This document shows, in pieces, positions 46,329 to 59,445 of a stretch of DNA of 64,000 bases (position 1 is its first letter; every line of letters begins with the position of its first letter). Origin of the DNA: Bordetella parapertussis (GTDB lineage: Bacteria; Pseudomonadota; Gammaproteobacteria; Burkholderiales; JACQAP01). A program made the translations under genes and the position numbers. Under the pieces are notes generated by a model that worked only from the letters and a program-made list of their open reading frames with translations, did not search any database and had not been told where the DNA came from. The stretch covers positions 7,639 to 71,638 of the forward strand of contig CAMDKM010000003.1 of the NCBI GenBank assembly GCA_945900965.1, written 5' to 3'.

Positions 46329-47452
46329 GCGTCGGAACTTCCGTCGGGGTGGTCGAGCCAAAAAAGGCGCGCTTTGAAGAGCCACTGATGCTAAAGAGCG
46401 GCGCCCGGCTCGACGCTTACGAGCTGGCGTACGAAACCTACGGAACGCTGAACGCTGAGCGCAGCAACGCGGTGCTGGTATGCCACGCGCTCAACGCTTC
46501 CCACCATGTGGCCGGTGTGTACGCCGCAGACGCCGACAACGTCGGCTGGTGGGACAATCTGGTGGGGCCAGGCAAGCCGGTGGACACCGAGCGCTTCTTC
46601 GTGGTGGGCGTGAACAATATTGGCGGTTGTCATGGATCAACCGGTCCATCCAGCCTGAACCCGGATACGGGGCAGCCCTGGGGCGCCGATTTTCCGGTGG
46701 TGACGGTCGAGGATTGGGTGGAAGCTCAGGCCCGGTTGGCCACTCGACTGGGTATCGAGCGCTTTTGCGCGGTGATGGGCGGCAGCCTGGGCGCGATGCA
46801 GGCATTGCAATGGGCGATCAGCCAGCCGGAGCGCGTGCGCCATTCGATAGTGATCGCAGCGGCCCCCAAACTGTCGGCGCAAAACATCGCGTTCAACGAA
46901 GTGGCGCGTCAGGCGATCACTACGGACCCGGATTTTCACGGCGGCAATTATTATCGGCACGGCGTGGTGCCGACACGGGGGCTGCGGATTGCGCGGATGA
47001 TCGGGCACATCACCTATCTTTCCGACGACGCGATGGCGGAAAAATTCGGCCGCGAGCTGCGCGCCGACGCCTTGAAATTCAACTTCGAGGTCGATTTCCA
47101 GATCGAGTCCTACCTGAGATACCAGGCCGACAAGTTCGCCGGCTATTTCGACGCCAATACCTATTTGCGCATCACCAAGGCCTTGGACTATTTCGACCCG
47201 GCGGCGAATACCGGCGGCAACCTGTCGCTTGCCTTGCGCCCGGCCCAGGCGGGTTTCCTGGTGGTGTCGTTTACCTCGGACTGGCGATTCTCGCCAGCGC
47301 GCTCGCGGGAAATCGTCAAGGCACTGGTGGACAATCGACTGCAGGTCAGTTACGCGGAAATCGACGCGCCACATGGTCACGATGCCTTCCTCATGGAAGA
47401 CGCCCGTTACCATCGCCTGATCAACGCCTATTTCGAGAACATTGGCCTATGA
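46325..47452 (+). CDS. metX: Homoserine O-acyltransferase MetX (acetyl/succinyl specificity not determinable)
   Basis: Alpha/beta hydrolase with [12 protein letters not shown] and the C-terminal [10 protein letters not shown] motif. ATGA overlap with lptE. Confidence 0.9.
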   Translation: MSVGTSVGVVEPKKARFEEPLMLKSGARLDAYELAYETYGTLNAERSNAVLVCHALNASHHVAGVYAADADNVGWWDNLVGPGKPVDTERFFVVGVNNIGGCHGSTGPSSLNPDTGQPWGADFPVVTVEDWVEAQARLATRLGIERFCAVMGGSLGAMQALQWAISQPERVRHSIVIAAAPKLSAQNIAFNEVARQAITTDPDFHGGNYYRHGVVPTRGLRIARMIGHITYLSDDAMAEKFGRELRADALKFNFEVDFQIESYLRYQADKFAGYFDANTYLRITKALDYFDPAANTGGNLSLALRPAQAGFLVVSFTSDWRFSPARSREIVKALVDNRLQVSYAEIDAPHGHDAFLMEDARYHRLINAYFENIGL

Positions 47453-48077
47453 GGTTTACATCGTGACCGGATCGGAAACGCCGGCATCTTTGGTGGCGCG
47501 GGCGGAATTTGTCGCCATTGCCAAGTGGGTGAAACCCGGCGCCCAAGTCCTCGACCTGGGTTGCGGCGATGGCGCCCTGCTGCGTTACCTGAATCAGACC
47601 CGCGGGGCCAAGGGTTACGGAATGGAAATCGATGACGCAAGGGTGCTGGCTTGCGTGAAAAACGGCGTCAATGTCCTGCAACGCGACCTGGAGACCGGCT
47701 TGGCGGGTTTCGAGGATGGATCGTTTGACTGCGTGATTCTTTCGCAGACATTGCAGGCGATCCGGCGCACCGAGCGAATCATCCGCGAAATGCTCAGGGT
47801 CGGACGCGAAGGCATCGTGAGCTTTCCGAATTTCGGCAACTGGCATATGCGTCTGCAAGTGCTCGGTGGGCACATGCCGGTCTCGAAGGAACTGCCTTAC
47901 CAGTGGTACGACACGCCGAACATCCATTTGTCGACCATCGCGGATTTCGAAAACTTCTGCACCGGACAGGGTGTGCGAATCCTCGAGCGTCTAGTCATGC
48001 ACGAGGGACAGCGGGTCAACTGGCTGCTGAATTTGCGGGGTTCGCTGGCGGTGTATCGTCTGGGCGCAGGGCAGTAG
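47442..48077 (+). CDS. metW: Methionine biosynthesis protein MetW
   Basis: [27 protein letters not shown], and a position after metX. The start is uncertain (TTG 47442 or GTG 47463). Confidence 0.85.
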   Translation: MAYEVYIVTGSETPASLVARAEFVAIAKWVKPGAQVLDLGCGDGALLRYLNQTRGAKGYGMEIDDARVLACVKNGVNVLQRDLETGLAGFEDGSFDCVILSQTLQAIRRTERIIREMLRVGREGIVSFPNFGNWHMRLQVLGGHMPVSKELPYQWYDTPNIHLSTIADFENFCTGQGVRILERLVMHEGQRVNWLLNLRGSLAVYRLGAGQ

Positions 48078-48122
48078 ACGCTGTGGTTTTTCGGGGTAAA
48101 TTCGGGGGGGCAAGGACGCCGG

Positions 48123-49445
48123 TCAATGGTCCTTCGCGCCATTGCCCGCCGAGCCGATCGACAGGTCGGCGAGTCCGGAGCGCATCATGAGCCAGAACAG
48201 AATGACGCCCGGAAAGGCGATCACGCTGGTCAGCAGGTAGAAGTTTACGTATCCGATCGAATCGATCAGTGTCCCGACAGTTGTTCCGGTCAAGAAGCGG
48301 CCGACGATACTCGCCAGGGCTGAGAGCAGTGCATACTGAGTTGCCGTGAAGCGCAGGTTGCACAAAGCCGACATGTAGGCAACCACCGTCACGCCGCCGA
48401 TCCCGCTGGCGAAATTCTCGAAACCGATCGCCGCGGCCATGCCGATATTGCTATGGCCGGCGGCGGCCAGCGCGGCAAAGCTGAAGTTCGACACCGCCAT
48501 CAGGATGAGGCTGATCAGTACCGAACGTTTCATTCCCAGCCGCGAGTAAAGCATTCCGCCAACGAAAATCCCGAGCAGCAGTGCGATGAAGCCAACACCT
48601 ACGTCGTAGAAGGCAACTTCGTCGTTGGTGAAACCCAGATCCTGGAATAACAAGCGCAGCGTCAGATTGGCGAGTGTGTCGCCAATTTTGTGAATCACCA
48701 CAAACAGTAAAACGGTGAGTGCTCCCTGGCGTTGCAAAAATTCGATCAGCGGGCTGAAATAAGCGCCAATCGCGGCGATGACCCCGAGCGCCCTTGCCGG
48801 CTCGCGATGGCGCCTGGGTTCGCCCATCACCACGCCCACCAACATCGCCGGGAGCGCGAAGCTGGCGCAGGCGATATAGGCCGTGGCCCAGCCGTACCGA
48901 TGGGCGAGAACCAGGGCGAGAGCGCCGGCCGAGGCGGCGCCGATCCGCCAGCCGTACTGGGACATGCCGGAACCGACACCCAGTTGGCGTGGCTCCAGCA
49001 ACTCGATGCGGTAGGCGTCGATGATAATGTCGAAGGTGGCTCCGGCGACGGCGACTGTGATTGCGGCGATCGCAACCATGGGCAGCGCTTCGCCCGGATC
49101 CGCGATGCCGAGAAAGGTGACCGCCACCATGACCACTGCGCCAACCAGCCACAGCCAACTGCGCCGTTGCCCCCATCGGCCGATCATCGGCAGCCGGACA
49201 GTGTCGATGATGGGCGCCCATAAAAACTTGAAGTTGTAGGCCAGAATCGTCAGCACAAAGGCGGTCACCGAGCTTTTGGTGATGCCGTGCTGGGCAAGCC
49301 GAGTCGTGAGCGTAGCGCCGATCATCGCGAAGGCGAAACCCGAGGAAATCCCCAGGAACAGTACTGCCAGAGGCGCCGATTCGAAATAAGGGCGGATACC
49401 TTCCGGCAGCTTCCCCCGCAGACCGCTAAGCCAGCGGGTACTCAT
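48123..49445 (-). CDS. ampG: AmpG-family muropeptide MFS transporter
   Basis: LGISSGFAFAMIGATL..AYNFKFLWAPIIDTVRLPMIGRWGQRRSWL parallels E. coli AmpG. 12-TM MFS protein. Confidence 0.85.
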   Translation of the reverse strand: MSTRWLSGLRGKLPEGIRPYFESAPLAVLFLGISSGFAFAMIGATLTTRLAQHGITKSSVTAFVLTILAYNFKFLWAPIIDTVRLPMIGRWGQRRSWLWLVGAVVMVAVTFLGIADPGEALPMVAIAAITVAVAGATFDIIIDAYRIELLEPRQLGVGSGMSQYGWRIGAASAGALALVLAHRYGWATAYIACASFALPAMLVGVVMGEPRRHREPARALGVIAAIGAYFSPLIEFLQRQGALTVLLFVVIHKIGDTLANLTLRLLFQDLGFTNDEVAFYDVGVGFIALLLGIFVGGMLYSRLGMKRSVLISLILMAVSNFSFAALAAAGHSNIGMAAAIGFENFASGIGGVTVVAYMSALCNLRFTATQYALLSALASIVGRFLTGTTVGTLIDSIGYVNFYLLTSVIAFPGVILFWLMMRSGLADLSIGSAGNGAKDH

Positions 49446-50202
49446 AGTCGATGGTCAGTGGTGCGTGGTCGCTGAAGCGACGCTCCTTGAAAATCGATGC
49501 TGATCTGGCTGTCTGCGCAATGCCCGGCGTGGCAAGCTGGTAATCGAGACGCCACCCGACATTCTTGGCCCAAGCTTGGCCGCGGTTCGACCACCAGGTG
49601 TATTGCTCGGGACGCGGATCCAGCTTGCGAAACACGTCCACGTAGCCTAGTTTGTCGAGCACACCGCTGAACCACTCGCGTTCCTCGGGCAGAAAACCGG
49701 AATTTTTCTGATTCGATTTCCAGTTCTTGAGGTCGATTTGGCGGTGGGCGACATTCCAGTCGCCGCACAGGATAACGTCGCGGCCGCTTTGCGCGAGCCG
49801 GTGCAGGGGGGCGATAAAACGCTCCATGAAACTGAATTTGATGGCGAGTCTTTCTTCGGAACTCGATCCCGATGGCACGTAGACCGAAATCACGCTCAGA
49901 TTGCCGAACTGGGCTTCCAGATACCTTCCTTCGAAGTCGATGTCGGCGATGCCCAAGCCTTCGATGAGTCGATCCGGTTTGCGGCGAGAATAAATGCCCA
50001 CCCCGCTGTAGCCCGGGCGTTGCGCGCTGTGGAAGAACCCTTGCAAACCGGCCGGGACGCGAATCGCGTCGGTCAAATCCTTGTCCTGAGCTTTGATTTC
50101 CTGCACACAGACGATGTCGGCCGCGATGCTGGGCAGCCAGTCGAGAAAACCCTTGTTGACGGCCGAACGAACGCCGTTTAGATTGGCCGAGACTATGCGC
50201 AC
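49426..50202 (-). CDS. xth: Exodeoxyribonuclease III
   Basis: (V)[76 protein letters not shown]. The GTG start at 50202 is inferred from N-terminal homology. Confidence 0.88.
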   Translation of the reverse strand: MRIVSANLNGVRSAVNKGFLDWLPSIAADIVCVQEIKAQDKDLTDAIRVPAGLQGFFHSAQRPGYSGVGIYSRRKPDRLIEGLGIADIDFEGRYLEAQFGNLSVISVYVPSGSSSEERLAIKFSFMERFIAPLHRLAQSGRDVILCGDWNVAHRQIDLKNWKSNQKNSGFLPEEREWFSGVLDKLGYVDVFRKLDPRPEQYTWWSNRGQAWAKNVGWRLDYQLATPGIAQTARSASIFKERRFSDHAPLTIDYEYPLA

Positions 50203-50845
50203 TACGGATTTCAGACAGGAGTTTATCGAGTTTGCTTTGGCGCGAGGCGTCTTGTTGTTTGGCGAATTCAAAACCAAGGCCGGCCGGCTGTCGCCGTATT
50301 TTTTTAATGCCGGATTGTTCAACGACGGCGAAGCACTGCGAAAGCTGGGGCAATTCTACGCCAAAGCCATTGCCGCGGCAGACCTGAAAATCGATCTGTT
50401 GTTTGGCCCTGCCTATAAGGGCATTCCGCTGGTATCGGCCACCGCGGTGGCGCTAGCCGAAATTGGGCGAAATCTGCCCTTCTGTTTCAACCGCAAGGAA
50501 ATCAAGGACCATGGCGAAGGCGGCAACACGATAGGCGCTGCGCTGGCCGGGCGGGTATTGATTGTCGATGATGTGATCTCCGCGGGGACCTCGGTGCGGG
50601 AATCCGTGGAGATCATTCGTGCCGCGGGCGCGCAGCCATGCGGGGTGCTGATCGCGCTGGATCGCATGGAGCGCGGCACGGGAACCTTGTCGGCGACCCA
50701 GGAGGTTACCCAACAGTTTGGACTGCCTGTGATGAGCATCGCCACTCTCGACGATCTGGTTGCTTACTTGCGACCGAGGGAAAACATGGCACGGCAGTTG
50801 CAGCAGGTGGAGCGTTATCGACAGGAGTATGGGGTGCCGGTATGA
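50195..50845 (+). CDS. pyrE: Orotate phosphoribosyltransferase
   Basis: [45 protein letters not shown] and the PRPP loop [13 protein letters not shown]. Confidence 0.92.
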   Translation: MRTTDFRQEFIEFALARGVLLFGEFKTKAGRLSPYFFNAGLFNDGEALRKLGQFYAKAIAAADLKIDLLFGPAYKGIPLVSATAVALAEIGRNLPFCFNRKEIKDHGEGGNTIGAALAGRVLIVDDVISAGTSVRESVEIIRAAGAQPCGVLIALDRMERGTGTLSATQEVTQQFGLPVMSIATLDDLVAYLRPRENMARQLQQVERYRQEYGVPV

Positions 50846-51471
50846 AAACCATTACGTTACTGGCCGTCTGGGTTGGCGCTTTCTTGTGTCTGGGTCCGGC
50901 GACAGCGCAAGTGGCCAGACCGTCGAAGCCGGTCATGTTCAAGTGCGTCGATACGCGTGGCAAGACGTATTACTCGGACAAAATGCTGTTCGACTGTGCC
51001 AAAGGCACCGAGTTAAGCAAGACCGGCCGAGTGATCGAGAAGCCTCCGGTCAAAGTCGCGGCGGTTGATCCTAAGGCGGCGGAGCTCAAGCCGGTCCTGA
51101 GTGCCGATCAGGAACGCCGGGACCGCGCGTTGATGGCTACCTATACCTCCGAAGTCGAAATTGAAGCCGCACGCGACCGCACGCTTTCGCTTCCGATGCA
51201 GGGCATCAAAACCGCCGAAGCCAGACTGGCACGGGCAAATTCGAATCTAAGCGAGTTGAAGAAAGAAGCTGAAGCGCTGACTGCCAGGAATAAGCCCCTG
51301 CCGGCTCAATTGTCCGAGGACTTGGCCATGCGGGAACGCGAGGTGGCTCTGCTGGAACCCGAATTGGCGCAACGCCGGACCAATGCCGACGAAATTCGGG
51401 CGCGGTACGAGGCAGATAAGGTGCGCTTTAACGAATTGAAAGAAGGTCCCAAGAAGGAGGCTTCCCGTTGA
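50842..51471 (+). CDS. DUF4124 domain-containing secreted protein
   Basis: Signal peptide, then [20 protein letters not shown] (DUF4124 motif) and a coiled-coil tail. ATGA overlap with pyrE. Confidence 0.7.
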   Translation: MKTITLLAVWVGAFLCLGPATAQVARPSKPVMFKCVDTRGKTYYSDKMLFDCAKGTELSKTGRVIEKPPVKVAAVDPKAAELKPVLSADQERRDRALMATYTSEVEIEAARDRTLSLPMQGIKTAEARLARANSNLSELKKEAEALTARNKPLPAQLSEDLAMREREVALLEPELAQRRTNADEIRARYEADKVRFNELKEGPKKEASR

Positions 51472-51477
51472 AAGGGA

Positions 51478-52905
<1,428 letters not shown>

Positions 52906-52918
52906 GTGCGAAAGCAGT

Positions 52919-52953
52919 GGTGAGGGGCGAGGGGCGAAGGGCGAAGGGCGAAG
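52919..52953. repeat. Heptamer array (GAGGGGC/GAAGGGC)n at the gatA-gatB junction
   Basis: GGTGAGGGGCGAGGGGCGAAGGGCGAAGGGCGAAG. In the gatB sense it would encode [12 protein letters not shown]. Confidence 0.85.
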
Positions 52954-52969
52954 AATAGCGGACATCATC

Positions 52970-54421
52970 TTAGAAACCTGCTGGCATACGTGTATGCCAG
53001 TCGGTGGCTAATTGATACTGGTGAGCGACGCCGAGCAATTTCGCTTCCTCGAAGTAGTTGGCCATCAGTTGCAGGCCGACCGGGCGGTTTTTTTCGCCGA
53101 AGCCGCAAGGGATGCTCATGCCGGGGATACCGGCCAGGCTGCCTGGTATGGTGTAGAGGTCGGAAAGATACATGGCGACTGGATCGGCGGCTTTTTCCCC
53201 GAAGCCAAATGCCACGCTGGTGGTCACCGGGCCGGCAATCACGTCGCACTGGCGAAAGGCAGTCTGAAATTCGTTGGCGATCAGGCGGCGGACTTTCTGT
53301 GCCTTCAAGTAATAGGCGTCATAGTAGCCGTGGGACAGAACATAGGTACCTATCAGAATCCGGCGTTTGGGTTCCGGACCGAAGCCTTCCGCGCGGGACC
53401 TGCTGATCATTTCTTCCAGATCCCCGTAACGCGTGGTGCGGTGGCCGTATCGCACACCGTCGAAGCGACTCAGGTTCGAGGAACATTCGGCCGGCGCAAT
53501 CACGTAATAGACCGGGATGCCCAGCGCTGCGTTCGGAAGTGATATGTCCACCAGTTTCGCGCCCAGACGGGTGTATTCCGCCAGCGCCTCGCGCACTGCT
53601 TTTTCCACATCGGCGTGCAGGCCTTCGCCGAAATATTCTTTTGGCACGCCGATGCGCAGGCCTTTGATGCCGCGAGCAAGTTCTCGGGCGTAGTCCTCAG
53701 GTTCGCGGTCGATGCTGGTGGAGTCTTTCGGATCGAATCCGAGCATGCCATTAAATAACAGCGCCGCATCCTCGGCGCTGCCGGTCATGATGCCCGCCTG
53801 GTCCAGGCTGGAGGCAAATGCGATCATCCCCCAGCGCGAGGCCCGCCCATAGGTTGGTTTGATGCCGGTAATACCGGAAAAGGCCGCCGGCTCGCGAATC
53901 GACCCGCCGGTATCGGTGGCGGTGGCGGCTGGTGCGATGCGGGCGGCCACGGCGGCTGCCGATCCGCCAGAACTTCCTCCGGGCACGGCGCTTTTATCCC
54001 ACGGGTTGAGAACGTTGCCGTAATGACTGTTTTCGTTGGACGAACCCATCGCAAATTCATCGCAATTGAGCTTGCCCAGCGTAACCATCCCTGCTCGTGC
54101 GAGATTTTCCACGATAGTGGCGTCGAAAGGGCTCAGATAGCCTTTGAGCATTTTGGACGAGGCAGTGGAAAAAAAGTCCCGGGTCACAAAAATGTCCTTG
54201 TGGGCAACCGGCACGCCGGTGAGCGGCGTGTGCTCACCCCTGGCGATGCGCCGATCGGCGGCGTTGGCCTGCGCGAGCGTCACCTCCGGACGAACGTCCA
54301 GAAATGCATTCAGGTCGGCATGACGCTCGATTCGACTCAGGTACATTTGCGCCAGTTCAAGGGCGGACACCTGCTTTGTCGCGAGGGCCCGGCCCAATTC
54401 GGCGACCGATTTGCGGAACAT
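52970..54421 (-). CDS. gatA: Glutamyl-tRNA(Gln) amidotransferase subunit A
   Basis: Amidase signature [13 protein letters not shown]. Confidence 0.93.
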   Translation of the reverse strand: MFRKSVAELGRALATKQVSALELAQMYLSRIERHADLNAFLDVRPEVTLAQANAADRRIARGEHTPLTGVPVAHKDIFVTRDFFSTASSKMLKGYLSPFDATIVENLARAGMVTLGKLNCDEFAMGSSNENSHYGNVLNPWDKSAVPGGSSGGSAAAVAARIAPAATATDTGGSIREPAAFSGITGIKPTYGRASRWGMIAFASSLDQAGIMTGSAEDAALLFNGMLGFDPKDSTSIDREPEDYARELARGIKGLRIGVPKEYFGEGLHADVEKAVREALAEYTRLGAKLVDISLPNAALGIPVYYVIAPAECSSNLSRFDGVRYGHRTTRYGDLEEMISRSRAEGFGPEPKRRILIGTYVLSHGYYDAYYLKAQKVRRLIANEFQTAFRQCDVIAGPVTTSVAFGFGEKAADPVAMYLSDLYTIPGSLAGIPGMSIPCGFGEKNRPVGLQLMANYFEEAKLLGVAHQYQLATDWHTRMPAGF

Positions 54422-54433
54422 GTAGTAAGAACC

Positions 54434-54721
54434 TTATTCGATGACGCGGGGAACGAGGAACAAGCCGTCTTGCCGGGCAGGCGCATTTTGCATGTTGGCC
54501 TCCCGGCAGTCGGGCTCGCTGACCTGGTCATCGCGCAGGCGCTGGGTAGTGCCAAGCGGGTGCGACATGGGATCGATATTGGCGGTATCCACCGATTGCA
54601 GTTGTTCGATCAGCCGGAAGATATTGTTCATCTGCACCAGAGTCTCCTGTGCCTCGGTGTCGGTGATTTCCAGTCGCGCCAGATGGGCAATTCGGCGAAC
54701 GTCGCTCAGATTTAGGGCCAT
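54434..54721 (-). CDS. gatC: Asp/Glu-tRNA amidotransferase subunit C
   Basis: MALNLSDVRRIAHLARLEITDTEAQETLVQMNNIFRLIEQL. 95 aa. Confidence 0.9.
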   Translation of the reverse strand: MALNLSDVRRIAHLARLEITDTEAQETLVQMNNIFRLIEQLQSVDTANIDPMSHPLGTTQRLRDDQVSEPDCREANMQNAPARQDGLFLVPRVIE

Positions 54722-54850
54722 TTCAGGGTTTGGTGAGTGAATCGGTCGTCCCGCGGCCGGCATTTTCCGCTGTCGCCGCGCAGCAACGCGACGGCGGGCC
54801 GGCATCGTTCAGAACATGATTGCTTTTTGTTAACCGTGGCAGTGCTATAG

Positions 54851-55951
<1,101 letters not shown>

Positions 55952-56093
55952 GATCCCAACCGCATCTGGACTTGTCTACGGCCGAATCAAACTCCGACGC
56001 AATCCGGGAAAGGCGCGTGACGTGATGCCGGTCCCGGTGTTTGGCAGCACTGGAGCGTGGGGTGCCCATCGTGTATCTGCGGTCCGAGCCTAG

Positions 56094-56996
56094 ATGGAAC
56101 ATACCGCCCCACCATTTTTCCGACGCGGGCCCGGCCTGCTCGCCCGCCTTGGCTTCTTTACCCTGCTCTCCGTCATCCTGTTGTATGCCGACGCCCGGTT
56201 TCACTATATGGAAGGGATGCGCCGGGTAGTGGCCGTGGTGATTTATCCACTTCATCTACTTGCCGATCTGCCCGGTGCGGCGGCGACGCGCATCGGCAAT
56301 TTTTTCGTATCGCAGGCGTTCCTGGAACGAGAAAACAAACGGCTGGCGCGGGAAAATTTTATCAGCGCCGGCCAGGTTCACACACAACTTTCGCTTCTCG
56401 CTGAAAACCGACAACTGCGTGAGCTGCTGGACATGCGCGCCCGATTCGAAGGCCTGTCCATGGTGGCGGAGATTCTTTTCTTGAGCCGGGATCCCTTTTC
56501 CCGCAAGGTGGTTATCGATAAGGGTTCGTCCCAGAACGTCGAAGAGGGGGCCGCGGTGGTCGATGAAATGGGACTGATCGGTCAGGTAAGCCGGGCTTAC
56601 CCATGGACTGCCGAAGTCGCCCTGATCACCGACCGCGAGCAGATCGTTCCGGTGCAGGTAGTTCGAAACGGTCTGCGTGCCGCTCTTTTCGGGGTAGGAC
56701 GTGACAACGTGCTGGACCTGCGGTTTCTGCCCGTCAACGTCGATATCGAGAGCGGAGATGTTTTGGTCACCTCTGGAATCGACAGTGTCTACCCACCAGG
56801 CTTGCCGGTTGCCGTGGTATCGGACATCGAACGCAATGCGGCGTTTTCCTTTGCACGTATTAACTGCACGCCCTCGGCGGGTCCGGGCAGCAATCGCCAG
56901 GTGCTGGTTTTGGCCAGACTCTCTCCCTTGCCGGATTACCCGGAACCGGACGCCCCTGCCCGAGGCAAGGGCCGCAAGGCGAAAAAGGGCGGGTGA
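56094..56996 (+). CDS. mreC: Rod shape-determining protein MreC
   Basis: N-terminal TM, coiled coil (ENKRLARENF..ENRQLRELL), a beta-barrel domain, and a position after mreB. Confidence 0.88.
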   Translation: MEHTAPPFFRRGPGLLARLGFFTLLSVILLYADARFHYMEGMRRVVAVVIYPLHLLADLPGAAATRIGNFFVSQAFLERENKRLARENFISAGQVHTQLSLLAENRQLRELLDMRARFEGLSMVAEILFLSRDPFSRKVVIDKGSSQNVEEGAAVVDEMGLIGQVSRAYPWTAEVALITDREQIVPVQVVRNGLRAALFGVGRDNVLDLRFLPVNVDIESGDVLVTSGIDSVYPPGLPVAVVSDIERNAAFSFARINCTPSAGPGSNRQVLVLARLSPLPDYPEPDAPARGKGRKAKKGG

Positions 56997-57523
56997 TGAG
57001 AATCTATTTTAGCCGCGGCCCTTCGGAGGAAATTCTGCTGCCGGCCCGACCGGTTTATATCAGTGCGACGCTGTTTGGGGCACTGATACTGAATTTTCTG
57101 CCGCTTTCAGGTTGGGGGCTGGCGTTGCGTCCCGATTTCGTCGCATTGATCCTGCTTTACTGGGGAATACATCAACCGCGCAAGTTGGGATTCCTGCCGG
57201 CATGGCTGCTTGGGCTGGCGATGGACGTCTCGGCAGGCAGCTTGTTCGGCCAACATGCGCTGGCCTATACGGCGATGATGTTTACCGCGATCGGGCTGCA
57301 CCGGCGAATCACGATGTTCGATTTGAGGCATCAGATACTGCATGTCCTGGCGATCCTTCTTGCCATGCAGGGCATCGTGCTCGCGGTGCGTTTGGCGAGT
57401 GGTGGAGAAGCGTTGGGCGCCTGGTACTTTCTGCCCAGCCTCACCGGGACGGTGATCTGGCCGCTGGTCGATAAGCTGGTGAAAATACCGCTGCGGCCCC
57501 GGCCCGATCCGGACCGGGTGTGA
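56993..57523 (+). CDS. mreD: Rod shape-determining protein MreD
   Basis: Five-TM small protein overlapping the mreC stop. Confidence 0.85.
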   Translation: MMRIYFSRGPSEEILLPARPVYISATLFGALILNFLPLSGWGLALRPDFVALILLYWGIHQPRKLGFLPAWLLGLAMDVSAGSLFGQHALAYTAMMFTAIGLHRRITMFDLRHQILHVLAILLAMQGIVLAVRLASGGEALGAWYFLPSLTGTVIWPLVDKLVKIPLRPRPDPDRV

Positions 57524-57546
57524 AACCCGGCGTAATCGTCTAGATC

Positions 57547-59445
57547 ATGAATCGCACGGTCGAGCTGCGCGACCATCAGCGCGAACTTTATTATTTCCAG
57601 CTGCGCCTGGCGCTGGTTGGCGGCGCTGTCGTGACGGCGTTCGCCATCCTGTTTTTGCGGTTCTTTTACGTTCAGGTCATTCAGTACGAGCACTTCCACA
57701 CGCTCGCCGAACAAAACCGAATCGTCGTGGTGCCGGTGGTCCCCAATCGGGGGCTGATCCTGGATCGCAATGGGGCGGTGCTGGCGCACGATTTTGCGGC
57801 CTATACGCTGGAAATCACACCCAAGCTGGTGGACAACGTAGAGCGGGTGATCAACGACCTTTCGGTTTTGGTGGAAATTACTCCAAAGGATCGCAAGCGT
57901 TTCCAGAAACTGATCGATGAGGGCCATGACTTCACCAGCGTGCCGATCCGCACCCGCCTCAACGACCTGGAGGTCGCGCGATTCGCGGTCAATCGTTTTC
58001 GCTTCCCCGGGGTCAATATCAACGCACGCCTGTTTCGGCACTACCCCAACGGCGCAGTCGGCTCGCACGTAGTTGGCTACATCGGCCGGATCAGCGATGC
58101 GGATGTGGAGGTATTGCGCAAACAGGGGGTGGCGTCGAATTACAGCGCCTCCGATTACATCGGAAAGGTTGGCCTCGAGCAATACTACGAAAACGAATTG
58201 CGCGGTGTCACCGGGTATGAACAAGTCGAGACCGATGCCAACGGCAAATCGGTTAGAACCTTGCGTAGCGTATTACCCGTGTCCGGCAACAATCTGCGTC
58301 TGGCGCTGGACGCCCGCCTGCAGCAGATAGCCGAGCAGGTATTCGGCGATCGACGCGGCTCGCTGGTGGCGATAGAACCTTCCACCGGCGGTGTGCTGGC
58401 GCTGGTTTCCAAGCCCGGCTTCGATCCCAATCAATTCGTCGAAGGAATCGATCCGCAACACTGGGAAGCGCTGAATAATTCCGAAGACCATCCGCTGAAT
58501 AACCGGGCGCTGCAAGGAGTGTATCCGCCCGGGTCCACCTTCAAGCCATTCATGGCGCTGGCGGCATTGGAGCTTGGCAAACGCAAGCCGTCTTTTACCA
58601 TTCGAGACCCGGGGTACTTTGTATTGGGCGGCGGCGGACATGTGTATCGGGACTGGAAGGCCGGCGGCCACGGGACGGTGGATCTGCACCTGGCGGTGGT
58701 GCAGTCGTGCGATACCTATTTTTACGGGTTGGCGCAGGACCTGGGCATCGATGCAATCCACCAGTTTGCGCGGCAGTTCGGAATGGGCAAAGTCACTGGT
58801 ATCGATATCGAGGGAGAAGTGGGAGGTTTGTTACCTTCGCAAGAGTGGAAACAGCGGCGTTTCGGACAAAAATGGTTCGTGGGTGACACGATTTCGGTCG
58901 GCATCGGTCAGGGCTACACTCTGACAACGCCATTGCAACTGGCGTTTGCAACCGCGATCCTGGCCAACGAAGGAAGGGTGTTCCGTCCGCATCTGGTCAA
59001 GCAGATTCAACAAAGTCAGACGAATGCGATTACCGTCATCGAACCGGAACCCATCGCCGAAGTCCCATTAAAGAAAGAGTTCATTAAGCTGGTACGCGAT
59101 GCCATGGTTGATGTGACACGGCCCGGCGGCACGGCCGCGTGGGCGGGCATGGGGGCAAAGTACCTGTTTGCCGGCAAAACCGGCACCGCCCAGGTGATTG
59201 GAATGAAAGGCCAGAAATACGATGAAAAAAATATCCCGGAGCGCCATCGAGATCATGCCTTGTTCATTTCGTTTGCGCCGGCCGATAAACCCCAGATTGC
59301 CATTGCAGTCCTGGTGGAAAATGGCGGTCATGGCAGCAGTACCGCAGCGCCCATTGCTCGAAAAGTCATCGATTATTATCTTCTGGGGAAGGAGCCCGAA
59401 GTAGTGCCCAGTCAGCCGAAGGAACCGGAGGTCGATAATGATTAA
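57547..59445 (+). CDS. mrdA: Penicillin-binding protein 2 (peptidoglycan D,D-transpeptidase MrdA)
   Basis: Active-site motifs STFKP, SCD and KTGTAQ. Confidence 0.93.
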   Translation: MNRTVELRDHQRELYYFQLRLALVGGAVVTAFAILFLRFFYVQVIQYEHFHTLAEQNRIVVVPVVPNRGLILDRNGAVLAHDFAAYTLEITPKLVDNVERVINDLSVLVEITPKDRKRFQKLIDEGHDFTSVPIRTRLNDLEVARFAVNRFRFPGVNINARLFRHYPNGAVGSHVVGYIGRISDADVEVLRKQGVASNYSASDYIGKVGLEQYYENELRGVTGYEQVETDANGKSVRTLRSVLPVSGNNLRLALDARLQQIAEQVFGDRRGSLVAIEPSTGGVLALVSKPGFDPNQFVEGIDPQHWEALNNSEDHPLNNRALQGVYPPGSTFKPFMALAALELGKRKPSFTIRDPGYFVLGGGGHVYRDWKAGGHGTVDLHLAVVQSCDTYFYGLAQDLGIDAIHQFARQFGMGKVTGIDIEGEVGGLLPSQEWKQRRFGQKWFVGDTISVGIGQGYTLTTPLQLAFATAILANEGRVFRPHLVKQIQQSQTNAITVIEPEPIAEVPLKKEFIKLVRDAMVDVTRPGGTAAWAGMGAKYLFAGKTGTAQVIGMKGQKYDEKNIPERHRDHALFISFAPADKPQIAIAVLVENGGHGSSTAAPIARKVIDYYLLGKEPEVVPSQPKEPEVDND

